Part shown: positions 63,970 to 64,000 of the stretch, one piece after another | Layout: the number at the start of each line of letters is the position of its first letter | Position numbering within the stretch: position 1 is the first letter of the stretch | Origin: a virus | DNA length: 64,000 nucleotides | Direction: 5' to 3' (one strand) | Virus record (IMG/VR): IMGVR_UViG_3300025853_000041 | Location: 32,001-96,000 of that record | Made by a program: the position numbers and the translations under genes | The notes under the pieces: model-generated | Told to the model about the DNA's origin: nothing | What the model saw: only the letters and a program-made list of their open reading frames with translations | Databases searched by the model: none

Positions 63970-64000
63970 ATTTTGTGTATTTTATGTTAATGTCCTCCAT

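Noticed and set aside
1-64000. Alternative genetic code (TAG or TGA reassignment known in some crAss-like phages)
   Set aside because: Very long ORFs are intact in the standard code. TAG ends the 1554-aa cargo, groEL and ligase genes, and TGA occurs in ATGA overlaps.
63987-64000. 3' end of an upstream minus-strand gene (...GGH*)
   Set aside because: Only about four codons are in the window, so it cannot be called.

Overview
This window is a large part of a crAss-like (Crassvirales-type) podophage genome, most likely infecting Bacteroidota/Flavobacteriaceae. It is AT-rich, reads in the standard genetic code, has A-rich start regions without Shine-Dalgarno motifs, and carries TAnnTTTG promoter elements. 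The + strand (1-41.6 kb) holds the virion module: the 3' part of the major capsid gene, conserved capsid and ring genes, two fibre/receptor-binding genes, a holin, a metallophosphoesterase, a PD-(D/E)XK nuclease, an IHF-like protein, tail tubular and tail stabilisation (muzzle) proteins, and four cargo/ejection proteins. The cargo set includes a 4359-aa virion RNA polymerase (DFDID motif) with a C-terminal zincin domain. A bidirectional terminator at about 41.6 kb separates this from the convergent - strand replication and metabolism module: ligase, macrodomain, DnaB, AAA ATPase, SSB-like protein, primase, UDG, rIIA/rIIB, resolvase, exonuclease, dNMP kinase, SF1 helicase, GroES/GroEL, HD hydrolase, class II RNR, dUTPase, a spanin-like protein and a ParB-like protein. 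The most striking observation is that the roughly 7000 aa of cargo proteins contain only two cysteines. One is the penultimate residue of the vRNAP and the other is residue 5 of the next protein; both sit in a CK dipeptide near a shared ELPEGxMPEG motif, which suggests head-to-tail linkage of ejected proteins. Other notable points are a P-loop ATPase with Walker B placed before Walker A, VWA and transmembrane-hairpin insertions in the muzzle, a beta-signal-terminated spanin-like protein, strong GATC avoidance, and several coupled micro-ORFs missing from the ORF track. All family calls come from recognising motifs by eye; no database searches were run.
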